From: Candidatus Firestonebacteria bacterium RIFOXYA2_FULL_40_8
Lineage (GTDB): Bacteria; Oederibacteriota; D2-FULL-39-29
DNA: 58,533 nucleotides
NCBI GenBank assembly: GCA_001778355.1
Contig: MFGS01000039.1
Location: 1-58,533, forward strand
Direction of reading: 5' to 3'
Part shown: piece by piece, positions 20,399 through 29,841 of the stretch
How the letters are laid out: every line of letters starts with the position of its first letter
Numbering within the stretch: the stretch's first letter is position 1
Program-made: the position numbers and the translations under genes
The notes under the pieces: generated by a model
What the model was told of the DNA's origin: nothing
Seen by the model: the letters and a program-made list of their open reading frames with translations, nothing else
The model's database searches: none

Positions 20399-21425
20399 TA
20401 TATTAAGTCCCTATATTTCAATTATACTCCCGATTAGAAACGAAGAAAGATATATTGATAGATGTTTAGCCGGTATCTTAAAGCAGTCTATTCCAAAAGA
20501 AAAATATGAAGTTATTGTGATAGATGCAAAAAGCAAAGATAAAAGTAAAGAATTATTGAATAAATATACAAAAGTAATTAATATCCGGATATTCGATGAT
20601 AATAAAGGCAAAATAGCAAGCGGGTTGAATATTGGTATAAAAAACGCATTAGGTAGAATAATAATAAGAGTTGATGCAAGAACAGTTCTTTCGGAAAATT
20701 ATATTAAGATGCTGCTTGAAACACAAGAGGAAACAGGGGCCGACAATGTTGGTGGAGTACAAAAACCAATTGCAGATGGGGTAACACAGCAGGCTATCGG
20801 GATTTCTATGTCAAGCCCTTTTGGGGTTGGAAATGCTCAATTCAGGCTTGGGAACAAAAGCGGTTTTGTGGATACTGTTTACCTGGGGTGCTTTAAACGG
20901 GAAATATTCGATAGGATAGGCTATTTTGATGAAGGAAACTCGCTGATCAGTGAGGATTCTGATATGAATCAAAGAATCAGAGAAACTGGTGGTAAAGTTT
21001 ATTTAAACAAGGATATAATCGCATATTATTATCCGAGAGAGAGTTTTCTCGATTTCTGGAAACTATATTTTCATTATGGCGAAGCGAGGGCCGGAAATAT
21101 TATTAAAACAAAAAAACTTACCTCTTGGCGTCAAAGTGTGCCACCACTCCTGATAATATCTCTTTTGTTAACTTTGATTGGTGGACTATTTAGTATAGTT
21201 TTAATATATATATTTATAAGTATTGTTGGCTTGTATTTGGTTTTGGATCTAATTATATCTGGTATTGTAAGTTTTAATAAGAAACAAGCTCGATTGCTTC
21301 CATTACTATTTATAGCTTTTCCATGTATGCATTTTTCATGGGGATCTGGACTAATAATACGGCTATTTACAGTTCTAAATCAGGTGGTACTAAGAAGACT
21401 CTTTAATTACAATCCTCAGGTTTAA
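20385..21425 (+). CDS. Glycosyltransferase family 2 with C-terminal TM helices
   Basis: ISIILPIRNEE, VIVIDAKSKD and RVDAR motifs, plus 3-4 C-terminal TM helices. Confidence 0.75.
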   Translation: MTKDNILSPYISIILPIRNEERYIDRCLAGILKQSIPKEKYEVIVIDAKSKDKSKELLNKYTKVINIRIFDDNKGKIASGLNIGIKNALGRIIIRVDARTVLSENYIKMLLETQEETGADNVGGVQKPIADGVTQQAIGISMSSPFGVGNAQFRLGNKSGFVDTVYLGCFKREIFDRIGYFDEGNSLISEDSDMNQRIRETGGKVYLNKDIIAYYYPRESFLDFWKLYFHYGEARAGNIIKTKKLTSWRQSVPPLLIISLLLTLIGGLFSIVLIYIFISIVGLYLVLDLIISGIVSFNKKQARLLPLLFIAFPCMHFSWGSGLIIRLFTVLNQVVLRRLFNYNPQV

Positions 21426-22320
21426 AAACAACATTATCTGCTTCAGTAAATACATTAATATCTTTCTCGTAATTCGAATTTAAAATATTATATGCTTTGT
21501 ATCCATATTGTTTCATATACTCTAATAGATCATTTCTAGTATGTTTGATAAATTGATATGCTTGAGGCACTATTTCACATATAATAATTGGCCTATCTTT
21601 TGTCTTCTCGAAATATTTTGACAATCCTTTGAGAATAAAATATTCAAACCCTTCCGCATCTATTTTTATTATTCTAATTTTATTTAAATTATTATTTAGC
21701 AAATAATCATCTAGTCGTATAACTGGTACCTGAATCGTCTCTATAGGGATAGCCGCATTTGCATTCTTCACTAGTCCTTTAACTAATGAGCTGCCTCCCC
21801 AATGGGGAGGTTTTAAATAATCCATTTCTATCATCCCATCCTTCTCTCCTAAAGCTTTATTATTTGCTTTTATCTTATAGGATGGATTCATCTTGGTAAA
21901 TTCATTTACATATTTATAATAGTTTGGAACTGGCTCAAAACTATGAATTTCGCCTTCCGTTCCAACTATACTGGCAGCAATAGCTGACATATATCCAATA
22001 TTTGCTCCCACATCAATAAAAATATCTCCTTTTTTCAAATACTTATATAAATTATAAACAGTTGATACTTCATAACAATTATAGAATATTTGTTTGCTGG
22101 CTCGGTCAATGCCAAGAGATTTAAAATCTATTAGTAACTTCACATTCCCTAATGTCAAAATATTGTTTTTCGGTTTAAATTGAAAATCGCTTAAAAATAA
22201 TAAGAAATTAGATTTAAGATATTGAAATAGTATTGTGGGATTCAAAAATAAGGTAGTAAATCCTTTTTTTACTCTGCGAAGCTCATAAGTTATTCTTTTT
22301 TTGTTCATTAATTCCTCCAA
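21403..22320 (-). CDS. FkbM-family methyltransferase
   Basis: IFIDVGANIGYMS glycine loop, IHSFEPVP, IKIDAEGFE: the FkbM (TIGR01444-like) pattern. Convergent with the upstream GT2 gene, overlapping it by 23 nt. Confidence 0.75.
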   Translation of the reverse strand: MEELMNKKRITYELRRVKKGFTTLFLNPTILFQYLKSNFLLFLSDFQFKPKNNILTLGNVKLLIDFKSLGIDRASKQIFYNCYEVSTVYNLYKYLKKGDIFIDVGANIGYMSAIAASIVGTEGEIHSFEPVPNYYKYVNEFTKMNPSYKIKANNKALGEKDGMIEMDYLKPPHWGGSSLVKGLVKNANAAIPIETIQVPVIRLDDYLLNNNLNKIRIIKIDAEGFEYFILKGLSKYFEKTKDRPIIICEIVPQAYQFIKHTRNDLLEYMKQYGYKAYNILNSNYEKDINVFTEADNVVFKPEDCN

Positions 22321-22528
22321 ATATATTCTATAGAAAACATTTGTGCGTGAAATATTATAATTATTTAATGCAATTTCAGATTTTGATATTCATTCAAATA
22401 CTCCTAGATTTGCTTGCAAAATATTATGCTAAGGCAACCTACGTTAGTATATAGAAAAAGAGTGTTAAAAACAAGAATTTAATTCACTGCTGGCATGTTA
22501 ATGAAGTGATGAAATTATGATGAATATC

Positions 22529-22537
22529 TGATATAAT
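22529..22537 (+). promoter_or_regulatory. Extended -10 promoter element TGATATAAT ahead of the heptose/GME gene block
   Basis: Exact TGnTATAAT about 35 nt upstream of ATG 22571; RBS GGAGGG follows. Confidence 0.5.
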
Positions 22538-22570
22538 AATACGATTTTTAAATTTACGGAGGGTAAAATA

Positions 22571-23539
22571 ATGTTTAGGAACAAGAAAATACTGGTAACT
22601 GGTGGCGGTGGTTTTATTGGCAGTCATCTTTCGAAGGTGTTGTTAAACAATGGGAATTTTGTGAGGGTGGCGGATATTAAGTGGGATGATTATATGAAGG
22701 AAAAGTATTATAGTGAAAAAATGACGGCTGACCTTCGGGAGAAAAAGAACTGCATTAAAGCTACAAAGGGTATGGATTTTGTATTCAATTTAGCGGCAAA
22801 TATGGGGGGAATAGGGTTTATAGAAGAAGTTGCGGCGGAAGTGATGCATGACAATGTGCTTATAAATACTCATATGTTGCAATCATGTGTTGAGAATAAG
22901 ATAAAAAGGATGTTCTACTCTTCCTCGGCTTGTATCTATCCTACATACAAACAGACGAAATCTTCTATTGTTCCTTTAAAGGAAGAGCATGCTTATCCTG
23001 CTGATCCGGATAATTTCTATGGTTGGGAGAAATTGTTTGTTGAAAAAGAATGTGAGGCCTACCAGAGGGATTATGGATTATGTGTAAGGGTGGCAAGATT
23101 CCATAATATTTACGGGCCTGAAGGTACATACAAAGGTGGGCGCGAGAAATCACCGGCAGCTATATGCAGGAAGGTGGCGTTTGCAAAGAATCCGGGTACA
23201 ATAAATATTTGGGGTGACGGGAAACAGACAAGGTCCTATTGCTATATTGATGATTGCGTAAGAGGGATAATAATGCTTATGGAATCAAAATATGAAAAAC
23301 CGATAAATATTGGTTCTGATAGAGGTATTTCGATCAACGACATGGTTGATATTGTCGCTGGTTTTGAAAATAAAAAACTAAAAAGAACGCATGATTTAAG
23401 CGCGGCGCAGGGAGTTCGTGGGCGTAACGCGGATTTAACGCTTGTGAAAAAGGTTCTTGGTTGGAAACCGGAGATTAGATTGGAGGATGGATTGAGGAAT
23501 GTGTATTTCTGGATAAAGAAGATGGAAGGGTTACGATAG
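22571..23539 (+). CDS. GDP-mannose 3,5-epimerase-like extended SDR (GME family)
   Basis: Long colinear matches to remembered GME signatures: GGGGFIGSH, FNLAANMGGIGFI, SSACIYP, RFHNIYGPEGTYKGGREKSPAAICRK, WGDGKQTRSY, PINIGSD, GVRGRNADLTLVKKVLGW. Confidence 0.75.
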   Translation: MFRNKKILVTGGGGFIGSHLSKVLLNNGNFVRVADIKWDDYMKEKYYSEKMTADLREKKNCIKATKGMDFVFNLAANMGGIGFIEEVAAEVMHDNVLINTHMLQSCVENKIKRMFYSSSACIYPTYKQTKSSIVPLKEEHAYPADPDNFYGWEKLFVEKECEAYQRDYGLCVRVARFHNIYGPEGTYKGGREKSPAAICRKVAFAKNPGTINIWGDGKQTRSYCYIDDCVRGIIMLMESKYEKPINIGSDRGISINDMVDIVAGFENKKLKRTHDLSAAQGVRGRNADLTLVKKVLGWKPEIRLEDGLRNVYFWIKKMEGLR

Positions 23540-23682
23540 AACAAATTCGAAGAACTAAACTCGAAATTCGAAACAAAATCGGTGTAAGATATGGGGAAAG
23601 TGCAAAACGAAATAAATGACCCCCAACCATACCTTCCCCCTATTAAGTGGAGGGGGAAGAGAACGAAGGTGAGGAAGACAAC

Positions 23683-24285
23683 ATGAAAAAGAATTTTTGT
23701 AAAGAGTTTTTGAAAGAGATGAAGAAAGCGGCTGACCTGATTGAGGTTAGTAAGGTTGAAAGTATTGTTAATGAGCTGGTGAAGGTTAGGAAGAATAAAG
23801 GTCGGGTGTTTATGCTGGGAGTCGGCGGAAGTGCGGCTTCGGCAAGTCATGTTGTTAATGATTTGAGAAAGCTTTGCAGTGTGGAAACTTACGCGCCTAT
23901 GGATAATGTGTCGGAACTGACAGCCAGGACAAACGATGAAGGGTGGGATACCGTGTTTGCGGAATATCTCAGAGGTTCTAGGCTTTCAAAAAAGGATGCG
24001 ATATTTATTCTTTCTGTTGGCGGCGGTAATGCTGAAAAGAATATCAGTCCGAATCTTGTTAAGGCAATTGATTTTGCAAAAGAAGTAAAAGCTTCTATTC
24101 TTGGCGTTGTCGGGAAAGACGGCGGCTATACGGCAAAATCTTCAAAAAATGTAGTAATAATACCGACGATTGATCCAAGCCACATTACTCCGGTAACGGA
24201 GTCGTTTCATTCAGTTATTTGCCATTTGATAGTAACTCATCCGAAATTGAAGACGATGCCGACGAAATGGGAGTCTACGCGATAA
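23683..24285 (+). CDS. gmhA: Sedoheptulose-7-phosphate isomerase (SIS domain, GmhA-like)
   Basis: SIS motif MLGVGGSAASASH, then NDEGWDTVFAEYL, ILSVGGGN and ILGVVGKDGG, colinear with GmhA. ATG 23683 follows RBS GAGGAAG; the track start 23647 is a GTG inside a purine-rich tract. Confidence 0.7.
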   Translation: MKKNFCKEFLKEMKKAADLIEVSKVESIVNELVKVRKNKGRVFMLGVGGSAASASHVVNDLRKLCSVETYAPMDNVSELTARTNDEGWDTVFAEYLRGSRLSKKDAIFILSVGGGNAEKNISPNLVKAIDFAKEVKASILGVVGKDGGYTAKSSKNVVIIPTIDPSHITPVTESFHSVICHLIVTHPKLKTMPTKWESTR

Positions 24286-24355
24286 CCGAAGGTTATCTGG
24301 ATGCTTGGCAAGAGCAGTAGAGCAGGGAATGCAATTGGCGAATAAAAAGCTTTTA

Positions 24356-24377
24356 CCCGTAACTCGTAACCCGCTAC
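24356..24377 (+). repeat. 22-nt motif CCCGTAACTCGTAACCCGCTAC, copy 2, upstream of gmhB
   Basis: Identical to 6461-6482 and followed by a further TCGTAAC unit. Confidence 0.7.
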
Positions 24378-24402
24378 TCGTAACTAATAGGAAAATGCAA
24401 AT

Positions 24403-24930
24403 ATGCAAAATAAAGCCGTATTCTTTGACCGAGATGGGGTCATTAACAAACCGGTGATAATAGATAATAAACCGTTTACGCCGGAGAGTTTAAAGGAACT
24501 TGTTTTTACTGATGGGATAAGGGAAACGCTAGTAGAGTTAAAGAAATCTGGGTTTCTTTTGTTTGTTATTACGAATCAGGCGGATGTGGCTCGAGGGAAG
24601 AGAACTAAAGAAAACGTTGAAGAAATAAGCGCTTATATATTAAAAGAATTACCGTTGGATAAGGTGTATTGCTGCTATCATGACAATAAAGATAACTGTA
24701 ATTGCAGAAAACCAAAGCCCGGAATGCTTTTAACTGCTTCAAAGGAATTTGATGTTGACCTGACAAAAAGTTATGTTGTTGGCGACAGGTGGAGCGACGT
24801 TGAAGCAGGAAAGAATGCGGGATGCAAAACGATATTTGTAGATTACAACTATGATGAGAAACTGAGAAGTGAACCGGATTATACGATAAGTAACGTAACC
24901 GGAATTTTGGGATGTATTAGGAGCCTGTAA
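24403..24930 (+). CDS. gmhB: D,D-heptose 1,7-bisphosphate phosphatase (HAD-IIIA)
   Basis: FFDRDGVIN nucleophile motif, ITNQ, a zinc-site-like CCYH...CNCRKP, and GDRWSDVEAG. Confidence 0.8.
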   Translation: MQNKAVFFDRDGVINKPVIIDNKPFTPESLKELVFTDGIRETLVELKKSGFLLFVITNQADVARGKRTKENVEEISAYILKELPLDKVYCCYHDNKDNCNCRKPKPGMLLTASKEFDVDLTKSYVVGDRWSDVEAGKNAGCKTIFVDYNYDEKLRSEPDYTISNVTGILGCIRSL

Positions 24931-25646
24931 TGAAAAAAGTAAAAGATCTAAAAATAAAAATATTTGCGGATGGGGCGGATAAAAAAGGGATGATGGAGAT
25001 GCACAAAAAACCCTTTATCAAGGGCTTTACAACAAATCCGACCTTAATGAAAAAAGCCGGGATAAAAGATTTTAAAGCATTTTCTTTGGATATTTTAAAA
25101 GCGATTCCTGATATGCCGGTGTCTTTAAGCGTTTTTTCGGATGACTTTGCCGATATGGAAAAACAGGCATTGGAAGTGAGCAAATGGGGAAAGAATGTTT
25201 ATGTTAAAATTCCGATTACTAATACTAAAGGCGAAGGAAGTTATGCTCTGATAGAAAGACTTGCGAAGCAAGGTGTTAAGCTGAATGTGACGGCGCTCTT
25301 ATCATTGGAGCAAGTACAAGGTGTCGCGGATGCGGTGAAAAATAACGTTTCCTGCTTTGTTTCTGTTTTTGCGGGAAGAGTTGCCGATACAGCGGTTGAT
25401 CCTGTTGTACTTATGACTGAAGCTATGAAGATAATCAAGCCGTACAAAAAAATGGAATTGCTTTGGGCAAGTCCCAGAGAGCTTTTAAATATTTTCCAGG
25501 CGGATGAGATAGGATGCCATATAATTACTGTCACAAATGATATTTTAAAAAAGCTGGATCTCGTAGGGAAAGATTTGAACGAGTACTCTCTTGAAACAGT
25601 GAAGATGTTCCATAATGATTCAGTAGAATCCGGATATAAGCTATAG
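24930..25646 (+). CDS. Transaldolase / fructose-6-phosphate aldolase family (short type)
   Basis: 238 aa. FADGAD, GFTTNPTL, and a Schiff-base-lysine context VYVKIPIT. Confidence 0.7.
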   Translation: MKKVKDLKIKIFADGADKKGMMEMHKKPFIKGFTTNPTLMKKAGIKDFKAFSLDILKAIPDMPVSLSVFSDDFADMEKQALEVSKWGKNVYVKIPITNTKGEGSYALIERLAKQGVKLNVTALLSLEQVQGVADAVKNNVSCFVSVFAGRVADTAVDPVVLMTEAMKIIKPYKKMELLWASPRELLNIFQADEIGCHIITVTNDILKKLDLVGKDLNEYSLETVKMFHNDSVESGYKL

Positions 25647-25662
25647 TTAAATAAAAATTATT

Positions 25663-25715
25663 GGTAGCCGCATCCCTTTAGGGTGCGTCTCGCAGGCTAA
25701 AGCCGTGCGCCTACC
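25663..25715 (+). other. GC-rich branched stem-loop element followed by a short T-run (possible terminator)
   Basis: Outer stem GGTAGCCGCA / TGCGCCTACC (9 of 10 pairs) encloses three mini-hairpins: CCC-TTTA-GGG, GCG-TCT-CGC and GGC-TAAA-GCC. TTTT follows. Confidence 0.4.
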
Positions 25716-25750
25716 TTTTACAAAAGAACTATTACCAAAGAGGACAATAA

Positions 25751-26704
25751 ATGAAATATTTTGTGACAGGCGGGGCGGGTTTCATAGCGAGTAATCTTGT
25801 TGATAGATTATTATTTAACGGAGAGCAGGTTGTCGTATATGATAACTTTTCTACAGGAATTGAGGAATTTTTAACTGAATCGAAGAAAAATAAGAGATTC
25901 AAATTAATACGCGGGGATCTGCTCGATCAAAAAAAGCTTGGCAGGGCAATGACCGGTTGTGATTTTGTTTTTCATCTGGCTGCAAATGCAGATGTCAGAT
26001 TCGGGTTGAATCATCCGGAAAAAGATTTACAGCAAAATACTATAGCTACTTTCAATGTATTGGAAGCAATGAGGAAAAACAAGATCAAAAAAATAGCTTT
26101 TTCTTCAACAGGGTCAATATATGGAGAAGCAACGGTAATCCCCACCCCTGAAGATGCTCCACTCCCTATCCAAACATCTTTATACGGTTCTTCAAAACTG
26201 TCAGGAGAAGGTTTGATTTCTTCTTATTGCGAAGGGTATGGCTATCAGGCATGGATATTCAGGTTTGTATCTATTCTCGGGGAAAGATATACTCACGGGC
26301 ATGTGTTTGATTTTTATAAAAGCTTATTGAAAAATCCTAAGGAATTGTATGTTTTAGGCAATGGTAAACAAAGAAAATCGTATTTATATGTTCAGGATTG
26401 TATTGATGCCATTTTCTTTGCCATAACCAAATCTAAAGATAAAGTAAACATTTTCAATCTTGGGACGAATGAATATTGCTGTGTCAATGATTCAATCGGC
26501 TGGATAACCGGTTATCTTGGAATGAAGCCGAAGTTAAAATACTCCGGAGGGGAAAGAGGATGGATAGGTGACAATCCTTTCATTTTTCTGGAGACGAAGA
26601 AAATCAGAAAGCTCGGATGGAAGCCTAAACTAACAATAGAAGAAGCCATAATAAAGACGGTTAAATATCTGGAAAACAATAAGCAAATATTAGGAAAAAG
26701 ATAA
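25751..26704 (+). CDS. NAD-dependent nucleotide-sugar epimerase/dehydratase (extended SDR)
   Basis: TGGAGFIASN Rossmann motif and YGSSK catalytic motif. 317 aa. Confidence 0.8.
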   Translation: MKYFVTGGAGFIASNLVDRLLFNGEQVVVYDNFSTGIEEFLTESKKNKRFKLIRGDLLDQKKLGRAMTGCDFVFHLAANADVRFGLNHPEKDLQQNTIATFNVLEAMRKNKIKKIAFSSTGSIYGEATVIPTPEDAPLPIQTSLYGSSKLSGEGLISSYCEGYGYQAWIFRFVSILGERYTHGHVFDFYKSLLKNPKELYVLGNGKQRKSYLYVQDCIDAIFFAITKSKDKVNIFNLGTNEYCCVNDSIGWITGYLGMKPKLKYSGGERGWIGDNPFIFLETKKIRKLGWKPKLTIEEAIIKTVKYLENNKQILGKR

Positions 26705-27987
26705 TGAAGATCTGTGTTTTTGGTCTATGGCATTTGGGAACAGTTGTTTCTAACTGCCTTGCGAAAATTGGACATGATGTGGCCGGGTTGGATTTTGATA
26801 AGAAAGTAATAGCAGGTTTAAATGAGGGAAAAGCGCCGCTTTTTGAACCCGGACTGGATTATTTATTAAAAGAAACCCTGAAAAACGGGAAAATCCGATT
26901 TACATCAGAAAAGAACGCTGTAAAAGAATGCGAAGTATTGTGGATTGCTTTTGATACTCCGGTTGATGCCGATGATAATGCGAATGTGGAGTTTGTTGAA
27001 AAGCAAATCCTATCTGTTATCAAATATTTAAAAAATGATTCTAAAGTCGTAATCTCCTCTCAAGTACCCGCGGGCTTTACCAGAAAACTAAAAAATAAAT
27101 ATGCAAAACTTTTCCCCGGCACAAAGGTATATTTTGCCTGCTCTCCTGAGAATCTCCGGCTGGGCAAAGCAATTAAAGTGTTTATGGAGCCGGACAGAAT
27201 AATTATAGGAACTGAAAAAGAAGAGAAAATAAAATTTGAAGAACTATTCCTTTCAATAAGCAGCAAGCTTGAATGGATGGGCATTGAATCCGCGGAAATG
27301 ACAAAACACGCGATAAACGCGTTTCTGGCCGCAGAAGTTAGTTTTGCCAACGAACTGGGTACGATATGCGAGCAGATTGGCGCCGATATGAAGGAAGTCG
27401 AAAGAGGACTTAAAACGGAAGAAAGAATCGGACCGAAAGCCTATCTCAAAGCAGGGACGGCTTTCTCAGGCGGTACGCTGGCAAGAGATATAAGGTTTCT
27501 TTCCGTTCTGGGGGATAAATACAAACTACCTTTGCACCTTATCAGGTCTGTAAAGAAAAGCAACGATGAACATAAAAATTGGATACAAAACAAATGCAAA
27601 GAATGTCTGGGTGGGTTAAAAAATAAGAAAATTGCAATCCTGGGACTAACATATAAACCCGGCACGGACACGTTAAGAAGGTCTCTTTCGGTTGAATTGT
27701 GTAAGGAGCTTAAAAAAGCAGGAGCTGTTATTTTGGCATTTGACCCTGCGGTTAAAAAATTACCCGCTGACTTGAGTAAAATAATTAAACTTTGCGGAGA
27801 TATCAAAGAAACTGTAAAATCTGCTGATTGTGTTGTTATCTCCACGGAATGGCCGTTTTTCAGGGAAATGTCATCAGGCAATACTGATATTATAGCTTCG
27901 AAACATGTGATTGACGCGAACGGATTTATGAAAGAGCTATTCAAAAAATATAATAAAATGAAATATTATTCTGTCGGAGGGAAGTAA
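26704..27987 (+). CDS. Nucleotide-sugar dehydrogenase family paralog lacking the canonical catalytic cysteine
   Basis: Family-typical N-terminus ICVFGLWHLG and three-domain layout. The catalytic motif reads SGGTLARD, where the paralog at 7211 has AGPCFPRD. Confidence 0.7.
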   Translation: MKICVFGLWHLGTVVSNCLAKIGHDVAGLDFDKKVIAGLNEGKAPLFEPGLDYLLKETLKNGKIRFTSEKNAVKECEVLWIAFDTPVDADDNANVEFVEKQILSVIKYLKNDSKVVISSQVPAGFTRKLKNKYAKLFPGTKVYFACSPENLRLGKAIKVFMEPDRIIIGTEKEEKIKFEELFLSISSKLEWMGIESAEMTKHAINAFLAAEVSFANELGTICEQIGADMKEVERGLKTEERIGPKAYLKAGTAFSGGTLARDIRFLSVLGDKYKLPLHLIRSVKKSNDEHKNWIQNKCKECLGGLKNKKIAILGLTYKPGTDTLRRSLSVELCKELKKAGAVILAFDPAVKKLPADLSKIIKLCGDIKETVKSADCVVISTEWPFFREMSSGNTDIIASKHVIDANGFMKELFKKYNKMKYYSVGGK

Positions 27988-28850
27988 TGGAGCTTGAAAA
28001 CAGAAGCGCAATTGTTACCGGCGCTAATCAGGGTTTAGGACTTGAAATTGCGAAAGAATATTTAAAAGAAGGCGCGTCGATTCTTATCTGCGCCAGGAAC
28101 AATGCTAAACTTAAAGAAGCGGAAAAAATATTAAGAGCAGGACTTACAAATAAACAAAAGCTTATTGCTGTTCAGGCAGACGTCTCCAAAGAAGCTGATG
28201 TTAAAAATATTATTAATTCGGCAATAAAAGAGTTTAAAAAAGTAGATATAGTTGTGAACAACGCCGGTGTTTACGGACCAAAAGGGGCAATAGAAGACGT
28301 AAACGGTAAAGAATGGATAGATGCTGTAACTATAAACCTGTATAGCGTATTTTATATGTGCAAATATATAATCCCTCATATGAAGGCAAATAATTACGGG
28401 AAAATTGTAAATCTATCAGGCGGTGGGGCAACTGCGCCTTTGCCAAGAATAAGCGCTTATGCGGCTTCAAAAGCGGCTGTGGTAAGGTTGACGGAAACAT
28501 TGGCGAAAGAATGCGAATTAAATAAAATAGATATAAACGCAATTGCTCCCGGTGCATTGAACACCCGGCTTATTGATGAAGTTCTTGAAGCAGGGCCGGA
28601 AAAAGTCGGAAAAGCGTTTTATGAAAAAACAGTTAAGCAAAAGCAAGACGGTGGCACTCCTTTAAATGTCGGCGCGGCTCTTTCTGTTTACCTTGCCTCA
28701 GCAAAAAGCGACGGGATAAGCGGAAGATTAATAAGCGCAGTATGGGATCCCTGGAAAGACCTTGAGAAACATAAAGCTGATATGCAAAAAAGCGATATAT
28801 ATACTTTAAGACGGATTGTTCCTGAAGACAGAGGACAGAAGTGGAGCTAA
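27987..28850 (+). CDS. Classical short-chain dehydrogenase/reductase
   Basis: TGANQGLG, NNAG and YAASKAAV motifs. Confidence 0.8.
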   Translation: MELENRSAIVTGANQGLGLEIAKEYLKEGASILICARNNAKLKEAEKILRAGLTNKQKLIAVQADVSKEADVKNIINSAIKEFKKVDIVVNNAGVYGPKGAIEDVNGKEWIDAVTINLYSVFYMCKYIIPHMKANNYGKIVNLSGGGATAPLPRISAYAASKAAVVRLTETLAKECELNKIDINAIAPGALNTRLIDEVLEAGPEKVGKAFYEKTVKQKQDGGTPLNVGAALSVYLASAKSDGISGRLISAVWDPWKDLEKHKADMQKSDIYTLRRIVPEDRGQKWS

Positions 28851-28851
28851 A

Positions 28852-29841
28852 ATGAATATTGGGATAATTGGCTGCGGTCTAATTGGAAAAAAGCGGGCGT
28901 TAAATATTTCTTCCGAAGATAAGATATTTGCTGTTTGCGATATTAATTCTGTTTCCGCAAAAGAGCTTGGCAGTTTATATAATTGCAAAAGCCTAAACAA
29001 CTGGAAGGAGCTTATTGCAGATAAAAGTGTAGACATTGTTGTAGTTTCTACTACTCATAATCTGCTTGCAGAAATATCTTTAGCCGCTATAAAAAATGGC
29101 AAGCATGTTCTAGTCGAAAAACCTGCCGCAAGAAATGCTGATGAGCTTCAAAAGGTCTTAAAAATATATAATAAAACAAAAAAGATAATAGTAAAAGTCG
29201 GTTTTAATCATCGGTTCCATCCTGCAATGCAAAAAGCAAAAGCCATGATAAGTAGCGGAGACATTGGCAAATTGATGTTTATTCGGGGAAGGTATGGCCA
29301 TGGCGGCAGGGTTGGCTATGATAAAGAATGGAGAGCTGTTCCTCAAATCTCAGGTGGTGGCGAATTATTAGACCAGGGAATGCATTTAATAGACCTGTCG
29401 AGATGGTATATGGGCGACTTTTCAAAGTCAACCGGAATAACGAAAACATATTTTTGGAATATGAAAGTTGAGGATAATGCTTTTATGCTGCTTACAACTA
29501 AGAATAGGCAGGTGGCACAGCTTCATGTAAGCTGGACAGAATGGAAAAACACATTTTCCCTTGAAATATACGGCAAAACGGGTAAAATAGCAATTGACGG
29601 CTTAGGCAAGAGTTATGGAACAGAGAAGTTAACATATTATAAAATGAGTGAGAAGATGGGACCTCCTGATACAAAAGTATTTGAATTTCCCGGAGAGGAT
29701 AACTCATGGAAAGAAGAATGGCTGGATTTTAAAAAAGCAATTAAAACAGGAAAAGAACCGTGCGGCAACTTAGAAGATGCTTGTAAGGCTTTACAAATAG
29801 TAAAAGCAATCTATAAGGAGAACAGGAATGATTATCGTTAG
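28852..29841 (+). CDS. Gfo/Idh/MocA-family oxidoreductase
   Basis: NIGIIGCGLIGKKR Rossmann start and a VLVEKPAA motif. ATG 28852 follows the upstream stop. Confidence 0.8.
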   Translation: MNIGIIGCGLIGKKRALNISSEDKIFAVCDINSVSAKELGSLYNCKSLNNWKELIADKSVDIVVVSTTHNLLAEISLAAIKNGKHVLVEKPAARNADELQKVLKIYNKTKKIIVKVGFNHRFHPAMQKAKAMISSGDIGKLMFIRGRYGHGGRVGYDKEWRAVPQISGGGELLDQGMHLIDLSRWYMGDFSKSTGITKTYFWNMKVEDNAFMLLTTKNRQVAQLHVSWTEWKNTFSLEIYGKTGKIAIDGLGKSYGTEKLTYYKMSEKMGPPDTKVFEFPGEDNSWKEEWLDFKKAIKTGKEPCGNLEDACKALQIVKAIYKENRNDYR

